Shown piece by piece: positions 19,261 through 27,591 of a stretch of 64,000 nt of DNA. The DNA is taken from contig CBDATI010000063.1 of the NCBI GenBank assembly GCA_965199675.1, positions 1,044-65,043 on the forward strand, given 5' to 3'. Origin of the DNA: Vicinamibacterales bacterium. Lineage in GTDB: Bacteria; Acidobacteriota; Vicinamibacteria; Vicinamibacterales; UBA8438. Every line of letters begins with the position of its first letter. Positions within the stretch are counted from its first letter, which is position 1. Under the pieces are notes generated by a model that had not been told where the DNA came from, ran no database searches, and saw nothing but the letters and a program-made list of their open reading frames with translations. The position numbers and the translations under genes were made by a program.

Positions 19261-19391
19261 GCTCTCGCTCCCGTGGACGACAACAGCCTGGTGTCTCGGG
19301 TCCGGATCGCACTCATCGTAGTCCGCAGCGAACGGTCCGGCAAGATCGAACTGGTGCGGGAAGGCCGCGTCACGCAGACGGACCGCGCGGT

Positions 19392-20606
19392 CTACCGCCC
19401 GTCGTCCTTGCCCTGGTCGTCGCCGCGCTTTCCGCCGGGCTGGTTGAAGTAGTCGCTCTTGTGCGGGTAGTCGTCGCCCACCACCCCGCCCTCACGCCCC
19501 CGCGCCGACGGCACGACCCAGTCGCAACCGGGGGTGTTCTCCGGTCCCGCGAGCCAGCAGTCGACGAGCTCCTGGTAGTCCTCGGCCATGCTGCCCGGGG
19601 CGTGCGGCGGCATGAAGCTGTTCACCTCGAGCTGCGCGGCCTCGAAGATCTGCGCAATCTCCATCGGGGCGCTGTGGCAGCCGAGGCATCGGTTGCCCTC
19701 GATGTGGATGGTGCGCATGTCCCAGTCGTCGCCCCCGACGACGTAGTAGGGCACGTCCCGGCCGGTGATCTCGGGCATGACGGGGCGTCTCGGGTCGTCG
19801 GGGTCGCGGGCGCTGTCCATGAAGGGGTCGTGGATGAACGGGCCCGACTGGTGGCACTGGACGCATTGCACGACATCGGGCTCGCCGTCGCCGTTCATGT
19901 CGGCCGGGGGCGGGGGCATGAAGGCGTCGTTGAAGTCGGGGTCGTCGGGTCCCGGCATCGCGCCCACCATGCGGTGCCCGTCGAACGAGACCCACGGCCT
20001 CTGGTCCCGGATTTCGGCGTTTGCGGGATGCCCCTCGGGCAGCGACTTCCGCCCGTCGGCGGCCTCGAAGAAGCAGGTCGCGCCCGACCGGCGGTTGTAG
20101 CCGATGAGCTGCACCGAGCCCCAGCCATGCCGTTGGAGGTTCTCCGGGCCCACCGAGCGGCAGAAGTAGACCCAGGAGACGTGCGGCAGGGAGTTGCCGC
20201 CGGCGTCGCGTCCCTGCACGTGTCCGAGGCGCGAGCCCGGTGAGCAGCCGCCCCGCAGCCCGTCCGGGTTGTCGCAGGCATGGTTGCCGGGATCCTCGAA
20301 CACCTCGACGCCGTCGACGGTGATGGGGATGAGGACCCCGTCGTCGCAGGCGACCTTGGGGACGCGCCCGAGCTCGGGCTCGCACATGGCGGCGTACTCG
20401 GTAGCCAGGAAGGGCATCCGCGGCCCGGAAACGGGTGCTTTCGCCGTGGGCGTCTGCTCCAGGGCGCAGGTCGCGGCGCCGGCTGCCTCGAGCGCGGCGC
20501 TCAGAGCCGCCCCGGACCCGGGCGACGACGCGCCGCCGGCCGACGACAGCAGGACCGGAACGAGCAGGAACAGGGAGCAGCCGGCAGGTCGTGACTTGAG
20601 GGACAT
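19392..20606 (-). CDS. Secreted Cys-rich di-heme (2 x CXXCH) protein of unknown function, paralog A
   Basis: Start ATG 20606 (MSLKSRPAGCSLFLLVPVLL). Heme motifs CVQCH and CLGCH. Collinear with 20817-21917 (EYAAMC.PELG, GVLIPITVDGVEVF.DPG, SVQLIGYN, GATCFFE, YYVVGG.DWDMRTIHIEGN.CLGCH, MPPHAPGS, GPENTPGCDWVVP). Confidence 0.75.
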   Translation of the reverse strand: MSLKSRPAGCSLFLLVPVLLSSAGGASSPGSGAALSAALEAAGAATCALEQTPTAKAPVSGPRMPFLATEYAAMCEPELGRVPKVACDDGVLIPITVDGVEVFEDPGNHACDNPDGLRGGCSPGSRLGHVQGRDAGGNSLPHVSWVYFCRSVGPENLQRHGWGSVQLIGYNRRSGATCFFEAADGRKSLPEGHPANAEIRDQRPWVSFDGHRMVGAMPGPDDPDFNDAFMPPPPADMNGDGEPDVVQCVQCHQSGPFIHDPFMDSARDPDDPRRPVMPEITGRDVPYYVVGGDDWDMRTIHIEGNRCLGCHSAPMEIAQIFEAAQLEVNSFMPPHAPGSMAEDYQELVDCWLAGPENTPGCDWVVPSARGREGGVVGDDYPHKSDYFNQPGGKRGDDQGKDDGR

Positions 20607-20816
20607 GGTGAGATTATGGCGTGGCGCACCGATGGCGTCCATCCGCAACCGGGCGAGGGACCCTTTCGGTCGTGGCTCCTCCGGTCATCGGACCCGGTGT
20701 TCGGTTACGGCGTCCGGCCGTCCTGCGCTCAGCCCGGGTTGTGCACCCGGGAGGTCCCGGCGGTTGTGTCGAGGTCGCGTGCCCGTCAGGGGGCGGCGCG
20801 GCGCGAGGAGAGCGCG

Positions 20817-21917
20817 TCAGCACCCCGGCCGGCGCCATTCCTCACCTGCGCGGCGCCCGTCGTCCCCCGTCCCGCGGTTGAAGCGGGCCGCGGCGTGCGG
20901 GTAGTCCGCCCCCACGATGCCGCCGTCGCAGCCGCCCGCGGGCGGCACGACCCAGTCGCAGCCGGGGGTGTTCTCGGGGCCGTTCTCCCAGCACGCGACG
21001 AGCTCGGCGTAGTCGGCGGCGAGGGAGCCGGGGGCGTGGGGCGGCATGTGCTCGTTGGGGTCCCAGTGGTCGCCGGTGTACTCGGCCAGGGTCTCCATGC
21101 CGATGCGGTGGCATCCGAGGCACCCGTTGCCCTCGATGTGGATGGTCCGCATGTCCCAGTCCTGTCCCCCGACGACGTAGTAGGGCGGGTTGGGGCCGCG
21201 CACGACCGGAAGCACCGTTTGGCGCGGGTCCTCGGGAAGGCGCGCGCTGTTGATCCACGGGTTGTGGTTGAACGGATCGGCCTGATGGCAGCGCACGCAC
21301 TGCACGTCGCCCGGCGTCGTGTAGGCCTGGTCGAACGCCGGATCGTCCGGCCCCGGCAGCACGCCGAGCAGCCGGTTGTTCTCGTCCACGTGGGTCCAGG
21401 GCCGGTTGTCGCCCGACTCGAAGAAGCAGGTCGCCCCGGTCTCGTAGTTGTAGCCGATCAACTGCACGGAATCGGGCATGTCGAAGCCCACCACGTCATC
21501 GCGCCCGTCGTGGCGGCAGAAGCTGACCCACACCACGTCGGGCCGCGGCGCGCCGTCGGCGTCCCGGCCCGCGTAGCGCTGCAGGCTCGACCCGGGCATG
21601 CAGTCGCCAATCTGCAGACTGGCCTTGTCGCACTCGTGCAGGCCGGGGTCGTCGAACACCTCCACACCGTCGACGGTTATCGGAATCAGGACCCCCGCGC
21701 CGCAGTCGACGGTGGGGGCCACGCCGAGCTCGGGCGCGCACATCGCGGCGTACTCTCTCGCGCCGGCGGGCATGGGGCCGCAGGTCGTGCCCGGCATGCA
21801 CTCGTCGGCGGGGGCCTGGGGCGCGCGTTCGCCGGTCGCGCTCACCGCGAAGAGGGCCAACGTGCAGAGCGCTGTCAAACCGATGTTGCGCGTGAGGTTC
21901 TTTCGAAATGAGGCCAT
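20817..21917 (-). CDS. Secreted Cys-rich di-heme (2 x CXXCH) protein of unknown function, paralog B
   Basis: Start ATG 21917 (MASFRKNLTRNIGLTALCTLALFAV) preceded by GAGGAG. Heme motifs CVRCH and CLGCH. The ORF-track 484-aa version over-extends upstream. Confidence 0.75.
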   Translation of the reverse strand: MASFRKNLTRNIGLTALCTLALFAVSATGERAPQAPADECMPGTTCGPMPAGAREYAAMCAPELGVAPTVDCGAGVLIPITVDGVEVFDDPGLHECDKASLQIGDCMPGSSLQRYAGRDADGAPRPDVVWVSFCRHDGRDDVVGFDMPDSVQLIGYNYETGATCFFESGDNRPWTHVDENNRLLGVLPGPDDPAFDQAYTTPGDVQCVRCHQADPFNHNPWINSARLPEDPRQTVLPVVRGPNPPYYVVGGQDWDMRTIHIEGNGCLGCHRIGMETLAEYTGDHWDPNEHMPPHAPGSLAADYAELVACWENGPENTPGCDWVVPPAGGCDGGIVGADYPHAAARFNRGTGDDGRRAGEEWRRPGC

Positions 21918-22028
21918 GGTGCTCCTCGAGACGGTCCGCGTACGAAGAATGCCCGCGCGGCCGGTCGAGGTCAAGGTCAATTCCGCGGGCCTCGGAACGG
22001 CGACGCCGCCCGCCGGGGCGGTCACGTG

Positions 22029-22280
22029 CAGGCGGGGGGGCTCTCGCCGCAGGCGGTCCGGCGCATCATCGGTCGGCGGGCCGCAGACGCCGTATCGACG
22101 GCCGCGTATCGCGTCACTCGCTCCGGGTCGGGGCGGCGCAATCCCTCGCCGCCGCCGGGGCCAGCCTCGCCGACATGCAGACGGCCGGCCGGTGGAAGGA
22201 CGCCAGGATGCCGGCGCACCTACGACCGCGGCGCACCGGCGGGCCGCGGCGCCGTCGCTCGACTTCGACACAGCGCCTGA
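22029..22280 (+). pseudogene. C-terminal fragment of a tyrosine recombinase/phage-type integrase, with 2 frameshifts
   Basis: Frame 3: GLSPQAVRRIIGRRAADA. Frame 2: IDGRVSRHSLRVGAAQSLAAAGASLADMQTAGRWKDARMPA (H-x-x-R box). Frame 3 again: RTYDRGAPAGRGAVARLRHSA-stop (catalytic Tyr context). No N-terminal or core-binding part is present upstream. Confidence 0.7.
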
Positions 22281-22298
22281 CGGGCTCAGGGGGGGGCC

Positions 22299-22847
22299 TC
22301 ACCACGAAATCGAAAATGTTGGCGTGATCAGAAAATAGAACCCCGTCACCCTGGCGCCGACGTAGAGCTTCACATCATCCGTCGCCGTCAGTTTCCATCC
22401 TCTCGGCTCTATACGCCTCGTCACTTCGATGAGCATACCCGGTATCGGCATCAATGCCGGCACGCCGAACGCCACTCCTGTGATGCTGCCGGTCAGGATG
22501 CACTCCCCGCCGCACGTGAACCGGTGTCTGAACACCAGGAAGGCAAAGAGGCTGGCGTGTTCGTGTTCTCTGTCGCGGCGCGGGAGTAACACCCCTCCGC
22601 TCGCCTTCACCCCGATCCCCCAATCGCCCGCCCACTTCGTGGCCCCAAACTCCACCGCCGGGCCGCCACGAAAATCGCTGAGATCGCCTCTTGAGATCGG
22701 GACATTCCATCCCCCGCCCCACTCGACATCCCATCCCCCGCCCCGCACCCACTCGACATCGAGACCGGAACGAGTCTGCGCCGCGGCGGTTGTCGCCGTC
22801 CACGTCACCGCCGCGACGACAACCGCCAACAGATCAGGGAATCTCAA
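22299..22847 (-). CDS. Possible small outer-membrane beta-barrel-like protein in a region of locally lower GC
   Basis: Candidate TTG start at 22847 gives MRFPDLLAVVVAAVTWTATTAAAQ (signal-like). Gly/aromatic-rich alternating sequence ending ..TPTFSISW (aromatic C-terminus). Internal DVEW-GGGW repeat. No clear RBS. Confidence 0.35.
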   Translation of the reverse strand: MRFPDLLAVVVAAVTWTATTAAAQTRSGLDVEWVRGGGWDVEWGGGWNVPISRGDLSDFRGGPAVEFGATKWAGDWGIGVKASGGVLLPRRDREHEHASLFAFLVFRHRFTCGGECILTGSITGVAFGVPALMPIPGMLIEVTRRIEPRGWKLTATDDVKLYVGARVTGFYFLITPTFSISW

Positions 22848-23550
22848 TGTCGTACCGCGCTGTGTATATGCTGTCCGCGCCCCAATTACCCCAAGGTGGC
22901 CTGTGAGGCCGGCCGCACTCGGTATTGGCTGCCCACACCTCGCGATTCTGGGTGTACAGGCCCAGTCGGAGGGTGCCCGTCTGCCCCTCGGCGACACTTG
23001 CAGCGAGCGCCACCAGCACCGCCACGACCACCAACAACCGTGGCAATCGCCTACCCTCCCCGTCGTTGGAAGGCCCTTCGGAAATTGGCCGTCGGGCCGG
23101 TTCTCTACAACGCGCCCCGCTGCGGTCTGAACCGATTTGGGGTCTCCACCTGTTCCTGCGCCGAAGCGCGGTCTTGTATTCGGTGGACGGCCCGACGATG
23201 AGTTGGGATTCTCGCATCGGAACGCGCTGTAGAGTTGCCGGCAAGCCTCCACCACCACGGTCCTGCGTGTCAAGCGCCCGTCGGGCCGCGGTGCCCCTCG
23301 GCCGCAAGGGCCGCGTCGAGCGCCGCTCGAACCTCGCCGGGGTCGGCGCCGACGGCCGCCGCGATTGCGCCGGCGCATCGCCTGAGAGCGACTATGCTTC
23401 CGGCGCCGCCGGGCATGCCGCCGGGGCGCGACCATCTCCCAGGCAGCGGAAAGAGCCGCCGCTCCATTCGAACGGCGATGCATCCCGCCGGCGGGGCGCG
23501 GGTGTGCGCGCGCCGCCGGGCGCCGGTGGCCACGCGGAGTTTCATCACGG

Positions 23551-23990
23551 GCTGACGGGATGGCGCATCGGCTATGGGGCGGGGCCCAGGGAACTGATTG
23601 CGGCGATGGCGAAGGTGCAGTCGCAGACCACGAGCGGGGCGTCGAGCATCAGTCAGTGGGCTGGCGTCGAGGCGCTCGACGGCGACCAGGCGTTCATCGG
23701 GCGCAGCCTGACGGTGTTCCGGACGCGGCGCGACGTCGCCGTCTCGCGGCTCGGCGAGGCGAACGGGCTGCCTGCCGCGCGCCGGACGGTGCCTTCTGTC
23801 TCTACGTCGACTGCGGAGGCGTCATCGGCAAACGCACACCGGCCGGGCGCGTCGTCGACAACGACGGCGACTTCGCTGCTATCTGCTCGAGACGAGGAGG
23901 TGGCGGTGGTCCACGGCGAGGCGTTCGGGCTGTCACCGTACTTCGGCGTCTCGTACGCCCTCGCGCCGATCGCCTGGAGGAAGCGTGTCG
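23551..23990 (+). pseudogene. Truncated, frameshifted copy of the 3' third of the aminotransferase gene at 4849-6051
   Basis: [49 protein letters not shown] matches [49 protein letters not shown]. Later segments (ARPDGAFCLYVDCGGVIGKRTP / EVAVVHGEAFGLSPYFGVSYALA / DRLEEAC) are spread over two frames. There is no 5' two-thirds. Confidence 0.8.
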
Positions 23991-24074
23991 TTGTTCCCCT
24001 GACCGGCTCGTCGAAATCGAGACGAACCGCGGGGAGAAGGCTCGCGGGTTCTGCCGCCCGCCAGCGCGACGGCT

Positions 24075-25052
24075 TCAGCTTGGCTGCGCCCACCAGATGC
24101 CGACCGCCGCGACGGCGAGGGCGAGGGCAGCCGTCAGGTGGACGATGGCGCGCGCCCGCCGGTAGTCGACGGTCGTCCCCGCCGCGGGGTCGGCGGGGTC
24201 GCCCAGCCAGATCTCGTTGACCAGCCGGTCGTGCAGCCAGATGGGGCCGGCGAGGCGGCGCGTGATGGCGCCCGCCATGGCCGCCTCGCTCCAGCCGGGG
24301 TTGGGTCCGGGCACGACGGCGTGCTGCCGCCAGCCGGTGACGAGGGCCCCCCGGCCAGAACAGCCGGGCAGTGCGCCGGCGGCCAGCGCCATCAGCAGCC
24401 ACGTTGCGCGGGCCGGGGCCGCCTGCACCGCGTCGTCGAGGCGTGCGCCGCACCACCCGAACCGCAGGTAGCGGGGCGTGCGGTAGCCGACCATCGAGTC
24501 CATGGTGCTGACGACCTTGCACAGCACGAGGCCCGGCGCGCCCAGGACGGCGTACCACGCGATGGGAGAGACCACGCCGTCGACGAGGTTCTCGGCGAGG
24601 CTCTCGATGGCGGCCCGCCGGCAGTCGGCGGCGTCCATGCGGTCGACGTCGCGTCCCACCAGCCGCGCAATCGCCCGCCGCGCCCCCGGCAGGTCGCCCG
24701 CCCCGGCGGCGCGGTCGACGGCGGCGCCATGGGCGAGCAGGTCACCCGCGGCGAGCAGGCTGTAGAGCACGAACAGGTGCAGGGCTGTGCCGGCGGCCGG
24801 ATGCACCCGTCCCGCGCCGAGCAGGGCGAGAGAGAGGCCGCCCACCCACAGGGCGGCGAGCATCGCGAACAGCAGGCAGCCCCCGATCCGGCCGTCGCAC
24901 CCCGCGGCGCGCAGCATCCGCTCGGCGGCGGCGAGCGAGGCGCCCATCAGCCGCACGGGATGAGCGCGGTAGACCGGATCCCCGAGCACCCGGTCGAGGG
25001 CGGCGGCCGCCACGAGGAGCTCGGCCCGCGGCAGCAGCGGGCTCAGCTCCAC
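24075..25052 (-). CDS. cobD: Adenosylcobinamide-phosphate synthase CobD/CbiB
   Basis: GTG 25052 overlaps the cbiZ stop by 10 nt. Membrane protein with LGDPVYRAHPVRLMG, ESLAENLVDGVVSPIAWY, STMDSMVGYR, GPNPGWSEAAMAGA. Confidence 0.85.
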   Translation of the reverse strand: MELSPLLPRAELLVAAAALDRVLGDPVYRAHPVRLMGASLAAAERMLRAAGCDGRIGGCLLFAMLAALWVGGLSLALLGAGRVHPAAGTALHLFVLYSLLAAGDLLAHGAAVDRAAGAGDLPGARRAIARLVGRDVDRMDAADCRRAAIESLAENLVDGVVSPIAWYAVLGAPGLVLCKVVSTMDSMVGYRTPRYLRFGWCGARLDDAVQAAPARATWLLMALAAGALPGCSGRGALVTGWRQHAVVPGPNPGWSEAAMAGAITRRLAGPIWLHDRLVNEIWLGDPADPAAGTTVDYRRARAIVHLTAALALAVAAVGIWWAQPS

Positions 25053-26230
25053 TTGGCGCTCCAGCCGGCTGCGATGGCGTGCAGCACCAGCTCGACCGGA
25101 TCGTCGGGGGCCTGCGCGAGCCGCGCGAGGAACTCGGGCCAGTCGAGCGGGCGGGCGGCGAGCGCGCAGGCGAGGCACGCGGCCTGCTGCCGCAGCGCGC
25201 CGCCGACCGCGCCCTCGGGCAGCGTGCCGAACGCCGCGCGGTCGAGTACGGCGGCAAACGCGAAGGCGGCGGCGCCGACGCCGGGCTCGTAGAACGCCGC
25301 GTTCCGGTTGCGGTCGAGCAGCGCGAACTGCTTGGCGGGTAGCAGTTCGGCCAGCCGCGCGAGGGCGAGCGGCTCGGTCACCCCGAAGCGCCCGAGGGCA
25401 TGGAACAACCCGCGGGTCGAGGAAGGTTCGAGTCCGTTCTGCCAGCGCAGCGCCTCTTTCACCGCCTCGCGCACCGCCCCGCCGATGAGCTCCCCGAGCT
25501 TGGCGTGAGGACCGGTCGCGGCCCTCGGGATGCGGTCGGGGTCGAGGGGCGCGGCGACGCAGAACTGGTCGGTGCCGGTTCCGGTGGCGATGGTGGGCGA
25601 GTACCGGCTGGGCGCGGCGAGCTCGGCGAGCGCCGCCGACTTCGCCTCGGTCAACGTGACCGTCGCCCGCGCCTGAGCGGCGGGAGTGACGGGGCAGTCG
25701 AGCAGCACGATGAGGTTGATCGTCCCGTCGCTCGTGGCGCCCCGGTTGTCGACATCGTCGCGGGCATCTTCCCCGACCCATCGCCAGCGTCCGTCCTCGC
25801 CTTCCATCCAGTCTGCGGGGTCCCCGGCGCGGGCGGCGTTGCCGTGGACGCCGGCGGTGACGAACGCGTCGACGCGAATGTCCTCGAAGACGCCCGACCC
25901 GTGGGCGGTGCAGGCCATGTTGGCGGCGGTGCCCATGAGCGCCGTGCGGTCGGGCGGCACGCCGATTTCGGCGCAGACCGACGCGTGATAGGCCGCGGGT
26001 CCCAGCCCCGCGATGTGTTCGTAGCGGACGGCGTCGCCGGTCGCCTCGCAGCTCTGGTGGTTCACGACAAACGCCACGTCCTCGCGCTGACCGCCGCCCA
26101 CGGCGGAAGTGCTGATGACGCGGTGCGGCGTCAGGAGTTCGACCGGCATGAAACGCCCGTGGCGCCGGGCCACGAACCGGTCGCCGCGGTGCAGGACGTC
26201 GCCCGCCGACCGCCAGTCATCGGCGCTCAT
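25043..26230 (-). CDS. cbiZ: Adenosylcobinamide amidohydrolase CbiZ with an extra ~120-aa C-terminal extension
   Basis: Start ATG 26230 (MSADDWRS). CbiZ-type blocks: VISTSAVGGG, LMGTAANM, FVTAGVHGNAARAGD, DGTINLIVLLD, LTEAKSAALAEL, ATGTGTDQFCV. Confidence 0.8.
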   Translation of the reverse strand: MSADDWRSAGDVLHRGDRFVARRHGRFMPVELLTPHRVISTSAVGGGQREDVAFVVNHQSCEATGDAVRYEHIAGLGPAAYHASVCAEIGVPPDRTALMGTAANMACTAHGSGVFEDIRVDAFVTAGVHGNAARAGDPADWMEGEDGRWRWVGEDARDDVDNRGATSDGTINLIVLLDCPVTPAAQARATVTLTEAKSAALAELAAPSRYSPTIATGTGTDQFCVAAPLDPDRIPRAATGPHAKLGELIGGAVREAVKEALRWQNGLEPSSTRGLFHALGRFGVTEPLALARLAELLPAKQFALLDRNRNAAFYEPGVGAAAFAFAAVLDRAAFGTLPEGAVGGALRQQAACLACALAARPLDWPEFLARLAQAPDDPVELVLHAIAAGWSAKWS

Positions 26231-26344
26231 GCGCCCCCCGTGAGAGAGCCCCGAAGGGCAGGGTGGAAACGGGGCAGCCCGCGAGGGAGACGCCGCCGGT
26301 CGTCGTCGCGCCGCCCGGAGCGGCGGGCTGCGTGCTATACTGCG

Positions 26345-26645
26345 GGCCGACAGCTCTGCTCCGGGCGATTCCGGGAAGTGGGTGAGAATCCCACACGGTC
26401 CCGCCACTGTAAGCGGGGAGCGGGCGGCACGCAGGCGCCGATGGGCGCCGGTCACTGTGTTCGGTCGGGCGCTCGCGCCGCGGCAGTTCCGCGTCGGCGG
26501 AACCGCCCAGGCGACCGTCAGGTCGCAGGCGCAAGCGTCGCAGGCGTTTCGCACAAGCGAGACGTCCACCGCGCCCGCAAGGTCGCGCCGGCACGGGAAG
26601 GCTCTGCCGCCCCGCCACGATCCGCGAGTCAGGAGACCGATCGCC
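26345..26645 (+). promoter_or_regulatory. Cobalamin (B12) riboswitch with an unusually long internal insertion
   Basis: Core GGGAAGTGGGTGAGAATCCCACACGGTCCCGCCACTGTAAGCGGGGAGC (26373-26421). B12-box-like GCCGGTCACTG (26448-26458). GGGAAGGC (26595-26602). 3' AGTCAGGAGACC (26627-26638). TATACT -10-like hexamer at 26336-26341. Lies upstream of a B12 transport/adenosylation operon. Confidence 0.75.
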
Positions 26646-27011
26646 GGGAGGGTCACACAACCTCGCGGGCCGGCCTGCCGGTCTGCGAAGTTCGGCGCGT
26701 GGACACGCCGAAAGGAGGTTCCTGCCTGTCATGGCGCATCGCGCTGCTTGCGCGCCGCTCGTCACCCGGGTGACGTGTCGGCATGCCGCGAGCGGGTAAT
26801 CGGACATTTCCATCGATCGGCTTGGCGGCGTGCGTCGCACGGCCCCGCCCGCGCTTTCGCGTGCGCGGGCGTCCGCGCGGTTCGTACCAGCACCGCAATC
26901 AGAGGCGGCGGTGCGGCCGGCGCGGTGCACGTCCGGCGACGCTTCACATCATACGCGCACCGCCGGCAGCGCGCCGGGTCGAGGCGCGGAACGGCGGGGG
27001 AGACCATCGAC

Positions 27012-27587
27012 ATGAGCATCGTCACGAAGGGGGGCGACCGCGGCGAGACCGGGCTCGTCGGCGGGGTTCGGGTCTCGAAGGCATCGGCGCGGGTCGAGGC
27101 GTACGGAGCGGTCGACGAACTGAACAGCCAGATCGGGCTCGCCCGCGCCCTGTGCGGAGATGCCGTGGTGGGGAAGCTGCTCAAGGACATCCAGCGCGAG
27201 CTGTTCGCGGTCGGCGGCGAGTTGGCGACGCCGGCGCCCCGGCCCGGCCAGGCCCCCGCGGTCACCGCCGAGATGGTCGAGCGGCTGACGGCCGAGGTGC
27301 GGCGCATCGAGGCGATCGAGGGCGTGCTCGGCGACTGGACGATTCCCGGCGAGCACGCCGGGTCGGCCGCTCTCGACGTGGCGCGCGCGGTGTGCCGGCG
27401 GGCCGAGCGGCGGGCGGTGCAGCTCGCCGAATCGGGGGCGGAGGTCGGCGCCGACCTGCTGGCGTACCTCAACCGGCTCTCTGACCTGCTCTGGATTCTC
27501 GGCCGCCAGATCGAGGTCGAGGCGGGCGTGAACGCGGCCCTGCGGACGGCGGAGACGAGCGGCCCGAAATGGTCGCGCGCGTGGTGA
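27012..27587 (+). CDS. pduO: PduO-type ATP:cob(I)alamin adenosyltransferase
   Basis: MSIVTKGGDRGETGL..RVEAYGAVDELNSQIG..IQRELFAVGGELA..FTIPGE-like WTIPGEHAGSAALDVARAVCRRAER. 191 aa. Confidence 0.85.
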   Translation: MSIVTKGGDRGETGLVGGVRVSKASARVEAYGAVDELNSQIGLARALCGDAVVGKLLKDIQRELFAVGGELATPAPRPGQAPAVTAEMVERLTAEVRRIEAIEGVLGDWTIPGEHAGSAALDVARAVCRRAERRAVQLAESGAEVGADLLAYLNRLSDLLWILGRQIEVEAGVNAALRTAETSGPKWSRAW

Positions 27588-27591
27588 GCCG

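Noticed and set aside
21975-21995. GGTCAATTCCGCGGGCCTCGG next to the integrase fragment, resembling the T-loop and acceptor 3' half of a tRNA (possible att relic)
   Set aside because: The preceding bases cannot form the T-stem and no cloverleaf can be drawn. The resemblance is too weak to call.
22834-23307. 157-aa minus-strand ORF containing a signal-like stretch (RRLPRLLVVVAVLVALAASVAEGQ)
   Set aside because: There is no start codon near the hydrophobic segment, only ~50 residues follow it, and it overlaps the next ORF out of frame. It may be another decayed gene but cannot be supported.
26731-26799. 22-codon ORF with a strong Shine-Dalgarno after the riboswitch, considered as a feature
   Set aside because: It is too short and unconserved to annotate as a gene. 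Reported only as an observation in the riboswitch finding.
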